64,000 nt of DNA from an uncultured bacterium (GCA_963744715.1 CAVUUR010000007.1:1-64000), one strand, 5' to 3'. Shown: positions 50,708 to 61,618, counted from the stretch's first letter. Made by a program: numbers and translations. Notes: generated by a model from the sequence alone, not told the origin.

Positions 50708-51273
50708 AAGTGTATGCAATCGTTGCTCATGATCAGAAACATTCGTTAACGCAGCATATTTTCAACAATATTACTACCGTTATGGCTGAGCAACCTGGTA
50801 TTTTTGTTGAGCCTCTTGATTTGTATGATCATGCTGAACATATTCCATTTTATACGCACAATAAAGCCACCTTGCAGGCAAATCCCTTTTTTAAACAAAA
50901 TAAAGAGAATTTCATGACGGCTGACCGTTTATTATTGGTATTTCCGACCTATTGGTATAGCACGCCGGGAATTTTAAAATGTTGGATTGATCTCATTACA
51001 TCATATGCGTGGCACTATAATGGCAATCGTTATGCACAACCTCTTCATCGAATCAAAAAAATATTAATTATACCACTAACGATGACATCCTGGTGGCAGA
51101 ATACCTTTATTTTTGGCAATCCGGTCAATCAACAACTAAAACACACGTTCAAATTTATGGGGATACCAAGCATTACTTTTTATACCATTGATCGTGCACA
51201 AGCGATGACTCCCCTTCTTTTTGAACGCCATCTGGCTAAAATCAGAAAAATAAGTAAAAACTTTTTATCGTAA
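50704..51273 (+). CDS. Flavodoxin-fold NAD(P)H-dependent oxidoreductase
   Basis: AH...SLT, DLY, AD.L..VFPTYWYSTPGILKCWID. Confidence 0.85.
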   Translation: MKVYAIVAHDQKHSLTQHIFNNITTVMAEQPGIFVEPLDLYDHAEHIPFYTHNKATLQANPFFKQNKENFMTADRLLLVFPTYWYSTPGILKCWIDLITSYAWHYNGNRYAQPLHRIKKILIIPLTMTSWWQNTFIFGNPVNQQLKHTFKFMGIPSITFYTIDRAQAMTPLLFERHLAKIRKISKNFLS

Positions 51274-51305
51274 ATTTTCAAAAAATCGAATCCTCAATCT
51301 ATGGA

Positions 51306-52382
51306 TTACGCAACTTTTAATGCCATCCAAATATTGTTTATGGTATTCTCATCGATCACTGATCTGAAAAAATCAAGATTAGTAGCGCGATGCGCGTTAA
51401 TAATTGCTTGATGCGCACCGGCCTGTTCAAGTAACGTAAAAAATTCTTGAGTAACCGGGAAAAATGGATATTTTTCAAAATGATGTTTCAACACATCAGG
51501 ACGAAATAAATAATTAATAAATTGATAAACAAGATCATCTTTTTTGCAGGCAGCTGAAATAACCAGATTATCAATAAGCATAAAGCTTCCCTCTTTGGGT
51601 ATTATAAAATCAATATCCGGATTATTTTTTAAGGTATTAATGATAAATGGCGTTGCAATAATAACTACCGGTGATATGCCTGAAGTTAATAAATAATCTG
51701 CACGAACATCCGCATCAACATACGCCTCAACATGCTTTTTTTGTTCAATTAATACCTTTTTGATCATATCAAGTTGCGTTAAAGACAAATTATCAATAGT
51801 GCCAAAAAGATATTGCGCCGTAATTAACAGTGCTTCTCGCGGGGCATTTAACATTGCCACCGTAGAATTTTTAGGAAATGCATCAAAAAGCAATCCCCAG
51901 GTCGGCTCTACTGCATGGTTAAAATAGCGTTTGTTAATGCCTAATCCATAGATAGCCCAATAATACGGAATGGAAAACGTATTGGTTGGATCATAAAATT
52001 TTCCTACAAGATTTGGGTTAATCCTATCCCAAAACAATAATCGTTTTTTATCTAATGGTTTTAATAAAGAATATGAACGCAATTTTTCTATACTATAATC
52101 AGAAGGGATAATCAGATCAAAACCTTCTGCGCGGCTGGTGAGTAATTTTACGAATAATTCTTCATTGCTTTCAAAAAAACAGACGTTAACTTTAATACCC
52201 GTTTCCCGCTCAAAATCATGTATTATCGCAGGATCAATCATTTCAGCCCACGTTAAGATGGTGATGCTTTTTTGAGAAATCATTCGCATTTTTGTAGGTA
52301 TATAGAGAATAAACATCAATATAATTATCCAAAAAATAATCATACCGGTACGAACAATAATACGATACATGTTGTCTGTCAT
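51306..52382 (-). CDS. potD: Spermidine/putrescine ABC substrate-binding protein
   Basis: FERETGIKV, FESNEEL, DLIIPSDY, SIPYYW, PKEGS. Confidence 0.88.
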   Translation of the reverse strand: MTDNMYRIIVRTGMIIFWIIILMFILYIPTKMRMISQKSITILTWAEMIDPAIIHDFERETGIKVNVCFFESNEELFVKLLTSRAEGFDLIIPSDYSIEKLRSYSLLKPLDKKRLLFWDRINPNLVGKFYDPTNTFSIPYYWAIYGLGINKRYFNHAVEPTWGLLFDAFPKNSTVAMLNAPREALLITAQYLFGTIDNLSLTQLDMIKKVLIEQKKHVEAYVDADVRADYLLTSGISPVVIIATPFIINTLKNNPDIDFIIPKEGSFMLIDNLVISAACKKDDLVYQFINYLFRPDVLKHHFEKYPFFPVTQEFFTLLEQAGAHQAIINAHRATNLDFFRSVIDENTINNIWMALKVA

Positions 52383-52394
52383 AACAATACCAAT

Positions 52395-53171
52395 TTAAAA
52401 TATTCTCATGCGAAGTTGCAGCGAAGAAAATAATACAATAAAAATACTACTTAAAAGTAGTAACAACGTTGATAATGCATTGATTGATGGTGAAACACCA
52501 CCACGAATCATAGCAAAAATATACAACGATAACGTTTGCGCAGAACTGCCGGCACAAAAAAAAGAAATTAAAAAATCATCTAATGAAATAATAAACACCA
52601 GCAATCCTGCCGCAATAATTGCAGGCATCAACATAGGTAACACAACACGTAAAAATGTTTGATTGAGTGAAGCACCTAAATCTAATGAGGCTTCAATAAC
52701 ACTGTAATCTAATTCCGCAAAACGTGCCGATAAAATAGGAACAACATACCCCAATCCCAACACCGTATGCCCAACAATTAAAGTAGATAGCCCCAGAGGA
52801 ATTGAGCAGAAGGTAAATAGGGTCAGTAACCCCACACCGATTATTATTTCGGGAACCATTAAATTTGCATAAAAAATTACCCACCATGAACGCAATCTTG
52901 TTTGTGCACTATAAAAAACAAACATCATGCCAATAGTCAAACTCAATAACATTGAACTACTTGCTACTATTAAAGAATTTTTGAGTGCGTCCCAAATAAG
53001 TGGCGATTGAAATAATTCAACGTACCAGCGGGAAGAAAAAGATACCCATCGGTAGGGAAAAGTAACGCTATTGAATGAAAAAATAACTAACACAATAATG
53101 GGGATATATAGAAAAATATATCCACTAACAACAATCAGCGGTACACAATAATGCGACAAGCGTTTAATCAT
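52395..53171 (-). CDS. potC: Polyamine ABC permease
   Basis: FLYIPI..L..FSFN, EASLDLGA, SLDDF. Confidence 0.9.
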   Translation of the reverse strand: MIKRLSHYCVPLIVVSGYIFLYIPIIVLVIFSFNSVTFPYRWVSFSSRWYVELFQSPLIWDALKNSLIVASSSMLLSLTIGMMFVFYSAQTRLRSWWVIFYANLMVPEIIIGVGLLTLFTFCSIPLGLSTLIVGHTVLGLGYVVPILSARFAELDYSVIEASLDLGASLNQTFLRVVLPMLMPAIIAAGLLVFIISLDDFLISFFCAGSSAQTLSLYIFAMIRGGVSPSINALSTLLLLLSSIFIVLFSSLQLRMRIF

Positions 53172-54051
53172 GAATGTACCTTTGACCTATAAATAATCTT
53201 TTTAAAATCCAATGTAACACAACAATAACGGCTAATAATATTACCCCACTCAAACAAGTAAATGCTGCTCCTGCAGAATTATTAGAAGCCGTTAATATGT
53301 AATGAGAAATGGCGTTGCCAACGAACATATATTTGTCACCGCCCATTAATAATGGAATAACAAATTCGCCAAATGCTACAACGAAAACTAAAAAATACCC
53401 GGTGCGAATACCAGAAAAACTTAGTGGTACAATAATATGAAAAAATGTTTGGCGAACCGTTGCCCCTAAATCAAATGACGATTCAATGAGCGTTATATCA
53501 ATTTTTTCTAAGCTGCTAAAAATAGGCATTATCATGAATGGTAAATAACAATACATCATAACCAACGCAACACCATAGATACTATTTAAAAGCATAATTG
53601 GTTCATTAATGATCCCTAAATGCATGAGTGCATAATTGAGCAAACCATCTTTATCAAGGATAAAAAACCAGGCATATATCAAAATAAGAAGATTGCTCCA
53701 AAATGGTATAATCAAAAAAAATAGTAATATATTTTTAATCCGTTTTGCTTTCAGTGCTAAAAAATATGCGATAGGATATCCAATTAACAAACAACTGGAG
53801 GCCGTTGTCCATGCCAATAATAGAGAATATCCGATAATTTTAAAATGAACGTTATCAAATAAGTTTTGATAATGTGATAGCGTAAACGATAACGGAAAGA
53901 ATGGTGACAGATCGGAATTCAAAAAGCTCACCATAACAATAATACACAGCGGTGAAAAAACAAAAAATATTTGCCATAATAACGCCGGCACCATCATAAA
54001 AAAAGAAAATTGTGATAAAATATGATGCTTAATCGTTTGTAGTGTATTCAT
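53164..54051 (-). CDS. potB: Polyamine ABC permease
   Basis: IIPFWSN, YLPFMIMP, ESSFDLGA, FVIP.LMGG. Confidence 0.9.
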   Translation of the reverse strand: MNTLQTIKHHILSQFSFFMMVPALLWQIFFVFSPLCIIVMVSFLNSDLSPFFPLSFTLSHYQNLFDNVHFKIIGYSLLLAWTTASSCLLIGYPIAYFLALKAKRIKNILLFFLIIPFWSNLLILIYAWFFILDKDGLLNYALMHLGIINEPIMLLNSIYGVALVMMYCYLPFMIMPIFSSLEKIDITLIESSFDLGATVRQTFFHIIVPLSFSGIRTGYFLVFVVAFGEFVIPLLMGGDKYMFVGNAISHYILTASNNSAGAAFTCLSGVILLAVIVVLHWILKRLFIGQRYIHD

Positions 54052-55142
54052 CGTTCCAATAAAAGAGCGTTTTCTTTTTGCCAATATATATTAACCTCAT
54101 TACCGTAATCAATCTCTTCCCGTGGAAAATGTTCTTCATTTTGTTCAAAAATACAAACAATATGATTGTTTTTTAAACGAACATTATATTGCGTAGAACG
54201 ACCGTGATAAACGATCGATTCAACAATACCTACCAAATGATTTGAAAAACCTTCAGTTAATTTTTTACTAATTAAAATTTTCTCTGGACGCAAACTCATA
54301 AAAACCTCTTTGCCGTCTACCATCCAATCTTTTTTCTCAGGAATAAAAACGCAGAACAAGCCCAAATCTTTAATTTCCAGGAATGCTTCATGTTCCTTTA
54401 ATTGTAAAACTCCTTTTACAATATTAGTTGTTCCTACAAAGCGAGCAACAAAAGAAGATACTGGAAATTCATAAATTTCTTTAGGAGTGCCCTGTTGTTC
54501 AATATGTCCATCATGATTCATAATTGCCATTTGATCAGCTACCGTTAATGCTTCAAACTGATCGTGCGTTACATAAACAAAGGTAGTTTGTAACTTACTT
54601 TGTAGTTCAATCAACTCTATCAACATTTTTTCGCGAAGTTTTAAATCGAGCGCCGCTAATGGTTCATCTAATAACAAAACATCCGGCTCATTAATTATTG
54701 CTCGTGCCAAGGCAACTCGTTGACGTTGCCCCCCAGATAGCTGTGCAATTGATTTATAAATATGCGCTTCTAAATGTACCGTTTTTAATATTTTAATTAC
54801 TTTCTGCTCAATAACATCTGCCGGCAAATTTTTAATTTTCTGACTATACGCAATATTGTCAAAAACGTTTAAGTGAGGAAATAATGCATAATTTTGAAAT
54901 ACCGTATTAATGCGGCGTTTATTAATTGCAACGTCCGTAATATCTTCATTACCTAAAAAAATCTTCCCTTCATCTACCGTTTCAAATCCAGCAATAAGCC
55001 GCAATAAGGTTGTTTTACCACAACCACTCGGGCCTAGGAGGGCAAAAAACTGTCCGGATGGAATCTCCAAGGAAAGATTATCCAATATCTCCTGACCATT
55101 ATATAATTTTTTTATATGTTCGAGCCTAATGCTCTTTTTCAT
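54048..55142 (-). CDS. potA: Polyamine ABC ATP-binding protein
   Basis: GPSGCGKTT, VFQNYALFPH, LSGGQRQR, LLLDEP. Confidence 0.93.
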   Translation of the reverse strand: MKKSIRLEHIKKLYNGQEILDNLSLEIPSGQFFALLGPSGCGKTTLLRLIAGFETVDEGKIFLGNEDITDVAINKRRINTVFQNYALFPHLNVFDNIAYSQKIKNLPADVIEQKVIKILKTVHLEAHIYKSIAQLSGGQRQRVALARAIINEPDVLLLDEPLAALDLKLREKMLIELIELQSKLQTTFVYVTHDQFEALTVADQMAIMNHDGHIEQQGTPKEIYEFPVSSFVARFVGTTNIVKGVLQLKEHEAFLEIKDLGLFCVFIPEKKDWMVDGKEVFMSLRPEKILISKKLTEGFSNHLVGIVESIVYHGRSTQYNVRLKNNHIVCIFEQNEEHFPREEIDYGNEVNIYWQKENALLLER

Positions 55143-55825
55143 ACCTTTTTCTCCGACCGCGCAACAAGAACAGGAACAATAATATCTGCAAGCGTACACG
55201 GAACAACAACGGCTATAATAAGAATAACGAATAAAGCACCCATCTGTGGATACCAATGACCAAACCCTTCGGAAACTAAATAAAACAGCGATGCAAGTGA
55301 ACTTGATAAAATATGACCAACATGCATACCTAAAGAATAAAATCCTTTATTTATGGCCGTATTCTTACTAATAACTAATCCGTTTAAAAGCCCTATCCCC
55401 AAGAAAGGAACAATATTATGCATCTCTGATATGAGGCAAATATGGAATCGCATTGATACCCCTAAAAATCTTCCAGCCACATACGGCAAAATAATATCCG
55501 AAAGGGTACAAAAAATTAATGCCGAAAGCAATGCTACAATAAAACCTTTCATAATGTTATTAGAATAACGAGAGAACATTACTAAAGCCCCCGTAGAAGC
55601 AAAAACAAGATGTAAAAAATGAAAGCTATGGAAAAGCATATGCATGCCTTTTGCCGGCGCACCGCCCACACCTTTAGTTAACCCGGAAAATTCTAAAAGG
55701 CTTAATACAATTAAACCTAGTGCCGCTGAAAAAATAGCGTACGGAAAATGGCACATAAGCTCATCAATCAATGAACCTTTATGATTTTCATGGTTATGTA
55801 CCTGACAAGAACTTTTATGACTCAT
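55139..55825 (-). CDS. Membrane protein with His-rich N-terminus and duplicated HxxH/CTLxD motifs
   Basis: About 6 TM helices; HFLH...CTLSDIILP and HVGH...CTLADIIVP. Confidence 0.7.
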   Translation of the reverse strand: MSHKSSCQVHNHENHKGSLIDELMCHFPYAIFSAALGLIVLSLLEFSGLTKGVGGAPAKGMHMLFHSFHFLHLVFASTGALVMFSRYSNNIMKGFIVALLSALIFCTLSDIILPYVAGRFLGVSMRFHICLISEMHNIVPFLGIGLLNGLVISKNTAINKGFYSLGMHVGHILSSSLASLFYLVSEGFGHWYPQMGALFVILIIAVVVPCTLADIIVPVLVARSEKKV

Positions 55826-55967
55826 GGTAATTTAATCCTAATTAATATGTTGTTAAAAAAAGCGTATCTTTTATGGTTAAATATAAAACTTTTTTTCCAA
55901 TTAATCAAAAAAAACAAAAAAAGCGTCAATCTGAAATATTTTCTTATTATCTCTAACGTTTTATCTT

Positions 55968-58841
55968 TTAGAAAGCCTGGCCTAAGGTTAAAAAACAGGC
56001 AAACCAGGATTCTTCTATCTCATTTTTTCGCCATTTCCAACCGATATCAAATCGCAGAGGACCTATTGGGGTGTTATAACGTACACCAAAACCCGTTGCT
56101 CCTAACCACTTTCCTCCTTTAATTTCACTTATGGCATGTTCTACTAAAATACCAACATCTTGAAAAATAGCACCGGTAAAATTTCTAAACAACGGAAACC
56201 TGACCTCAATATTACCGTTTAACATTGATTTCCCCCCTTGTGGAACCAAATGACTTTTTTCTTTTTCATCAATATAACAACCCAACGGAGGCGCCATGTT
56301 AGGACTATAGGCACGCAGCGAGTTCTCACCACCCAAATAAAAACGATCTGAAGGCATTACGCGCGCAAAACGTTCATTAAAAATGTGTCCTACCCGAATT
56401 CTAAGCCCTAAGACTAACGGTGTCAGCGGAATAAAAAATGATTGCTCAGCAAGTAATTTAAAAAATTTAATACCACGATTATCCCATGGAAACCGACCTT
56501 TGCAAACTACTACGGTAAGAAATCCTCGTGTTGGATTGAGCTGATCATCTAAATAATCAATAAAAAGATTCGGCTCAAAGAAAAAATAGAGAACTTTTTT
56601 ATCAACTAACGTCGGTGCAAAATTAATAGCATGTGCTAATTGCTCAGATACAACACTTGTTTTAAAAAATTCTAAACCAATATTACATCCCCAGTCAATA
56701 CAACTATATTTACGCGAAAGACCGACTAAAAATCCTTGCTGTGTTGCTTTATATAATGGTTTATCATGACCGATAGCAACCGGTTGCACATAAATATTAT
56801 CATATCCTTTAAGAATCAGTGAAATTGGTCTGTTAAAATTCCAGGGCCGTACATAGCTACCAGATATATTTTGATAAAATCGCGTTACATCAGCATCCAC
56901 CGTAATGCTATCTCCCACATTACCAGGATTTTTATAACACAATGAACCACCTATCTTATAGGTAGTTCCATTTCTAAACGTTAAATTTTTACTAATTTGC
57001 TGAAACCCCGCACGTAAACGAACTTCAAATGGGTCGTCTTCCACCAATTTTAACATAACAGCTTTTTCAGATTCATGTTCTGCAATGGCATCCGGATAGG
57101 CATGAATCGTTTCAAAAATATCGAAATTTCGTAAATGGCCAAATGATTTTTCAAGTTCTTCTTTATTCCACGGAGCACCTTCTTTATCTTGCATAAATCG
57201 CATTGCAATCGAAAATGGAAAAGTAGTATCGCCAATAATAATTGTTTTACCAAAGGTCACTTGTTGTTCTTTGATACGTATATGCCATATAAGATCAACC
57301 AACTCATCATGTTCGATTAACTCTGATGTAACATCGGCATACCAATATCCCTGTTTCTGGAAATAATCAACAAGCCACTGCTTTTGCTCTTGAATACATT
57401 CTACGTTAAACGGAATAAGCTTATGAGTATTATGCTTGAATGGCCCTATAGAAAGCAAATCGGGAAACCCTTCAATAGTTATACTAGAAAGATAGCGTCG
57501 CTTCCCTTCCTCAATATTAATTTCTAAACAATATAATTCCGAATGTGGTACCTGAGTAAATGATTGTTTCAGTACCTTTACATCCCAAAAGCCTTCTTTT
57601 TTATAAAAGTTTATAAGATTAATAATCGATTTTTTGACAACGTCAACATCAAAATACAAACCTTTTTTAAAGAATCCAAAATATTTTTTATTGAGCGATA
57701 GCGCATCAAAGGCCTGTATTCCTTGCAAAACAACATGATTAATTCTTGCACGAGGACCTTCTCGTATTAAAAAAAAATATCGATTATCTTCCTGCTTTGA
57801 TTCTATAGTAACCTGCCAAAAACCTTTTTTATTATAAGCCTGAATAATTTCTTCTGCCAAAAGAGAAAGTGGCAGAAGATATAATGAACGACCAAATACC
57901 AGTACATGATCGAGCAACTGTTGTTTTGAAAAAAAATGATTACCAAAAAAGATAAAGGTTCGTTTTGCATCAAATTTGATAATGAATCGGAGTGCAACTT
58001 TTTGCGTTTGATAATCGATGGATTCATGAAGTTCTATTGAAGCATTGAGAAATCCTTTTTTATATAAATAATCTTTCAAACGTTGTGCTTCTTTATTAAT
58101 CATTGTTTTTGAATAATAAGATCGAATAATTTTAGATGAAAAAATTCTATCTATTTTTTTTAGTAAACCATCATGAGAAATCTTATTTGAATCATTCTGC
58201 TCTTCAAATAGTATCTGATCAACGATAAAACGTAATCCCGGAGTAAGAATTAAGGTAGCATTAACCGTTTTTGTTTGATGATCATAATCCAAATAATCCC
58301 CCACATGCGCTTTGCAATATCCATCTCTTTTGAGGGCATCTTCAACTTGTTTAACACTATACGTATGCCGTTGTATATCAAAAATATTACCTGATTCACC
58401 TACGTATTGTTGCCGATACATCTCCTTATTACCAAAAGATCCTTGAAATCTCACTTTGCCAAAGGTCCATAGCCCTATTAAATCAAAATGAACTTCTGCG
58501 CCATCGGCAGATTGCGTAATAGTTAAGGTTATTGTTTCAAATTTGTTTTTTTTCTTAAGATAACTACATGCCTTTTTTATCTGCTCAATGGTAACGTATG
58601 ATCCTTTGGGAATGCTCACTAAATAGTCAAACTCCTCTTTTTGTAATAAAACATCAGAATCAAACGTAACGTTTTTAACCAGTAAAGGTTGTTTAATGGA
58701 AGCCTCTAACGTATCAAACCATAGTTGTGAACTATCTAATACAATACTTTCACATATAGTTTCATCTGAGAAGAGAGGCCAACAAAATAAAATAGAAAAA
58801 ATAAAAATTAAATAAAAAAAATGAGCACCTGTAGTACGCAC
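55968..58841 (-). CDS. Omp85 family (BamA/TamA) outer-membrane protein
   Basis: Multiple POTRA-like repeats; RFYLGGENSLRAY; GFGVRYNTPIGPLRFDIG; terminal LGQAF. Confidence 0.9.
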   Translation of the reverse strand: MRTTGAHFFYLIFIFSILFCWPLFSDETICESIVLDSSQLWFDTLEASIKQPLLVKNVTFDSDVLLQKEEFDYLVSIPKGSYVTIEQIKKACSYLKKKNKFETITLTITQSADGAEVHFDLIGLWTFGKVRFQGSFGNKEMYRQQYVGESGNIFDIQRHTYSVKQVEDALKRDGYCKAHVGDYLDYDHQTKTVNATLILTPGLRFIVDQILFEEQNDSNKISHDGLLKKIDRIFSSKIIRSYYSKTMINKEAQRLKDYLYKKGFLNASIELHESIDYQTQKVALRFIIKFDAKRTFIFFGNHFFSKQQLLDHVLVFGRSLYLLPLSLLAEEIIQAYNKKGFWQVTIESKQEDNRYFFLIREGPRARINHVVLQGIQAFDALSLNKKYFGFFKKGLYFDVDVVKKSIINLINFYKKEGFWDVKVLKQSFTQVPHSELYCLEINIEEGKRRYLSSITIEGFPDLLSIGPFKHNTHKLIPFNVECIQEQKQWLVDYFQKQGYWYADVTSELIEHDELVDLIWHIRIKEQQVTFGKTIIIGDTTFPFSIAMRFMQDKEGAPWNKEELEKSFGHLRNFDIFETIHAYPDAIAEHESEKAVMLKLVEDDPFEVRLRAGFQQISKNLTFRNGTTYKIGGSLCYKNPGNVGDSITVDADVTRFYQNISGSYVRPWNFNRPISLILKGYDNIYVQPVAIGHDKPLYKATQQGFLVGLSRKYSCIDWGCNIGLEFFKTSVVSEQLAHAINFAPTLVDKKVLYFFFEPNLFIDYLDDQLNPTRGFLTVVVCKGRFPWDNRGIKFFKLLAEQSFFIPLTPLVLGLRIRVGHIFNERFARVMPSDRFYLGGENSLRAYSPNMAPPLGCYIDEKEKSHLVPQGGKSMLNGNIEVRFPLFRNFTGAIFQDVGILVEHAISEIKGGKWLGATGFGVRYNTPIGPLRFDIGWKWRKNEIEESWFACFLTLGQAF

Positions 58842-58999
58842 AACACCGTAATCCTAAAATAATAATCTCATTAATATAGCGTACCACAAATGGGAATTTG
58901 TACTATTATTTTAACGTATTTTGTCATTAAAATTATTTACACAATAATGAGAAATAGATTCTTAAATATTCTAATATCATGTAAAACGTAATAATATCA

Positions 59000-59488
59000 T
59001 TATTGGTACTTATTACTCTTACGAAAACAAAATTTCTGATAACAACTTCCAATTTCTTGCAAATCTTTAGGAACGTGAGCAGTACCTATTGGCTTATTGA
59101 GTATCCCCAATTCAGTCTTCAATTTATCTTGAAGAATAACTACATTGCTCGGTAAATTTACACTCCCAGATACTACCCTTAATTTTGATAATTCTTTTTC
59201 TCTTAAAACCTCAAGAATCTTACAACACCAATCTTGTGATGAAATTACACATTCAATCAATTTATTATTATTATCATTTTCAACTATAGACAATGGAAAA
59301 ACATCACAATAATTTTGTTTCTCAATTAATAATATTTGCAACCTTCCAACCCACTTGTTTGGCCATAATTGTTCTAGTCCACGCGGGTCATCCATTTTAT
59401 ACCATATCTGTATCGGTAATCTAGGAATCATGTCCATACTATGCAAAGCAAAAAAACAATTAATAATAACTATTAAAAATATATACAT
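59000..59488 (-). CDS. Hypothetical secreted protein
   Basis: GAGG RBS, signal ending LHS-MD; AT-rich. Confidence 0.5.
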   Translation of the reverse strand: MYIFLIVIINCFFALHSMDMIPRLPIQIWYKMDDPRGLEQLWPNKWVGRLQILLIEKQNYCDVFPLSIVENDNNNKLIECVISSQDWCCKILEVLREKELSKLRVVSGSVNLPSNVVILQDKLKTELGILNKPIGTAHVPKDLQEIGSCYQKFCFRKSNKYQ

Positions 59489-59710
59489 AACTATTACCTC
59501 AACTATAAATACCTGAAAAACTATTAAAAATACTTTATTGTTGATCAACAATATCATTGTTTTTAAAATTTTAATAGTATTTATTTTAAAATAATAATGC
59601 TCTGTATTTATAGTAAAAACAAACACACTTCTCTATTAGTATAATAAAAAATTGTTTTTAATAGTTAAGAAAACAACTTTTTCAACAATAAAAATAAACG
59701 TTACATTTTT

Positions 59711-59986
59711 CTATTCAATAATTCTAAAAACACCCCGATAATCTTTTGTTTTTACAAAAGGTTCTATCGCTATATTTTTCACGGATTTTTTAGCAGCTTC
59801 TTGATGAAGCATATCTACCAAATCATCCAAACGATCTTTAGTGCCACATACAATAATCATTAACGTAGTAGGTTGGGTTGCTTGAACAATTCCTTCAAGC
59901 CCCAATTCACGTGCTTTTTTTTGAATATTTATTGGCAAAAGCTTCGCAGCTTCAACAGAAAGAGTGATATGTAAACATTGACTCAT
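59711..59986 (-). CDS. Acylphosphatase-fold protein, catalytic motif degenerate
   Basis: A.ELGLEG.V....V.I..CG....L..L...L pattern and terminal F.I; lacks VQGVGFR. Confidence 0.6.
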   Translation of the reverse strand: MSQCLHITLSVEAAKLLPINIQKKARELGLEGIVQATQPTTLMIIVCGTKDRLDDLVDMLHQEAAKKSVKNIAIEPFVKTKDYRGVFRIIE

Positions 59987-60166
59987 AGGCTTCTCCTTTT
60001 TAATGACCTTGTTCAAAAGGAAGGTAGCAAAATAATACTAGTAATGTCAAAAAAAATAGCAGTATATACTAGTAATTATCATAAACGATTAACTAGACGC
60101 ATGAGCAGTATATTAGTACAATATACTTACTATGTATACGATCAAGCCTTACAACAAGGATTATTC

Positions 60167-61618
60167 ATGGAAATGAATCATGTGCGCGTGAGATTCGCCC
60201 CTTCTCCAACAGGCCTCATGCATTTGGGCGGTGTCAGAACCGCACTTTTTAATTATCTTTTTGCAAAAAAATATAATGGAACGTTTATTATTCGTATAGA
60301 AGATACCGATTTAGAAAGAAATTTTGATCCGGGTGGCAAAGAAATTCTTAAAGATTTGGCATGGCTTGGATTAGCACATGAAGAAGGGCCTGACAATGGT
60401 GGCCCCTATGCCCCGTATTTGCAATCAGAACGATCAGCATTGTATCAAGAAAAACTTACTTTTTTACACCAGCACCATTTCATTTATCGTTGCTTTTGTA
60501 CGGTTGAAGAATTAGAACGAAAAAGAAAACGTCAAATTGCACTCAAGTTACCGCCGCGCTACGATCGAACCTGCTGTGCACTTCCCGCCGACGCCGTAGA
60601 AGAAAAATTAAAGAATGGTACTCCTTTTATTTGGCGATTTAAAATTGATATCGAAAAAAAAGTAGAATTTATCGATCTTGCCCGTGGCACCATAGTTTTT
60701 GATTTAAGTCATTTTTCTGATTTTCCTTTAACACGCCAAGACGGAAGTTTTACGTTTTTGTTTGTTAACGCGGTTGATGATATTGTTATGAACATCTCTC
60801 ATGTGCTGCGAGGAGAGGATCATCTTTCAAATACCGCCAGCCAAGTTACTCTGTATCATGCTTTTAATCATCAACTTCCAATTTTTTGGCATTTGCCAAT
60901 CATTTGCAACGTTGAAGGTAAAAAGCTTTCCAAAAGAGATTTTGGATTCTCATTGAAAGATCTTCAACAAGCAGGTTTTTTGCCTGAAGCATTATGTAAC
61001 TACCTTGCCATTATTGGTAGTTCATTTAAACAAGAAATTATGAGTTTAACGCAATTGGCTGATGCTATTGATTTTGCCGCCATTCATTCAACCGGAGCAA
61101 TTCGGTATGATTTGGAAAAACTCAAATGGGTTAACCAACAATGGATCGCTACGCAATACACGCCTGAACAATTAACCACCATAGCAACTCCTTTTTTGGT
61201 AAGCGTTTATCCGCAAGCTGCTCAACTACCCCACGCTACCATGCTAACGTTAATTAAAACAATCCAAGCAGAATTGGTTACACTTAAAGATATTCCACAC
61301 GTATTACAATTCTACTTTGAAGAGCCAATTGTTACGCATGAAAAACTTCTTGAACATGTTCCACAACCATTACTTGATCAATCATTGGCTATCATAGAAG
61401 CGCAGTATACCGCTCTTTCCTCATTTGATCTTTTTTTTACTCACATTAAAGAGCAATGCAAAGCGCACAACGTTCCTTTAAAAACTGTTTTGATAACGCT
61501 GAGATTATTATTGAGCGGCTCTCCACAAGGACCGAGTATTAAAGAAATGATTACGTTGTTAGGCAATGAGGTTGCGCAACGTCGCTTACTCAAAACACTT
61601 GCCGATGCACGAGCATGA
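60167..61618 (+). CDS. gltX: Glutamate--tRNA ligase 2
   Basis: RFAPSPTGLMHLG, LRGEDH, KLSKR; full anticodon-binding domain, so not GluQ. Confidence 0.93.
   Translation: MEMNHVRVRFAPSPTGLMHLGGVRTALFNYLFAKKYNGTFIIRIEDTDLERNFDPGGKEILKDLAWLGLAHEEGPDNGGPYAPYLQSERSALYQEKLTFLHQHHFIYRCFCTVEELERKRKRQIALKLPPRYDRTCCALPADAVEEKLKNGTPFIWRFKIDIEKKVEFIDLARGTIVFDLSHFSDFPLTRQDGSFTFLFVNAVDDIVMNISHVLRGEDHLSNTASQVTLYHAFNHQLPIFWHLPIICNVEGKKLSKRDFGFSLKDLQQAGFLPEALCNYLAIIGSSFKQEIMSLTQLADAIDFAAIHSTGAIRYDLEKLKWVNQQWIATQYTPEQLTTIATPFLVSVYPQAAQLPHATMLTLIKTIQAELVTLKDIPHVLQFYFEEPIVTHEKLLEHVPQPLLDQSLAIIEAQYTALSSFDLFFTHIKEQCKAHNVPLKTVLITLRLLLSGSPQGPSIKEMITLLGNEVAQRRLLKTLADARA

Noticed and set aside
55143..55256. Cys-rich N-terminal extension on PotA
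   Set aside because: Alternate-frame read of the upstream membrane protein gene.
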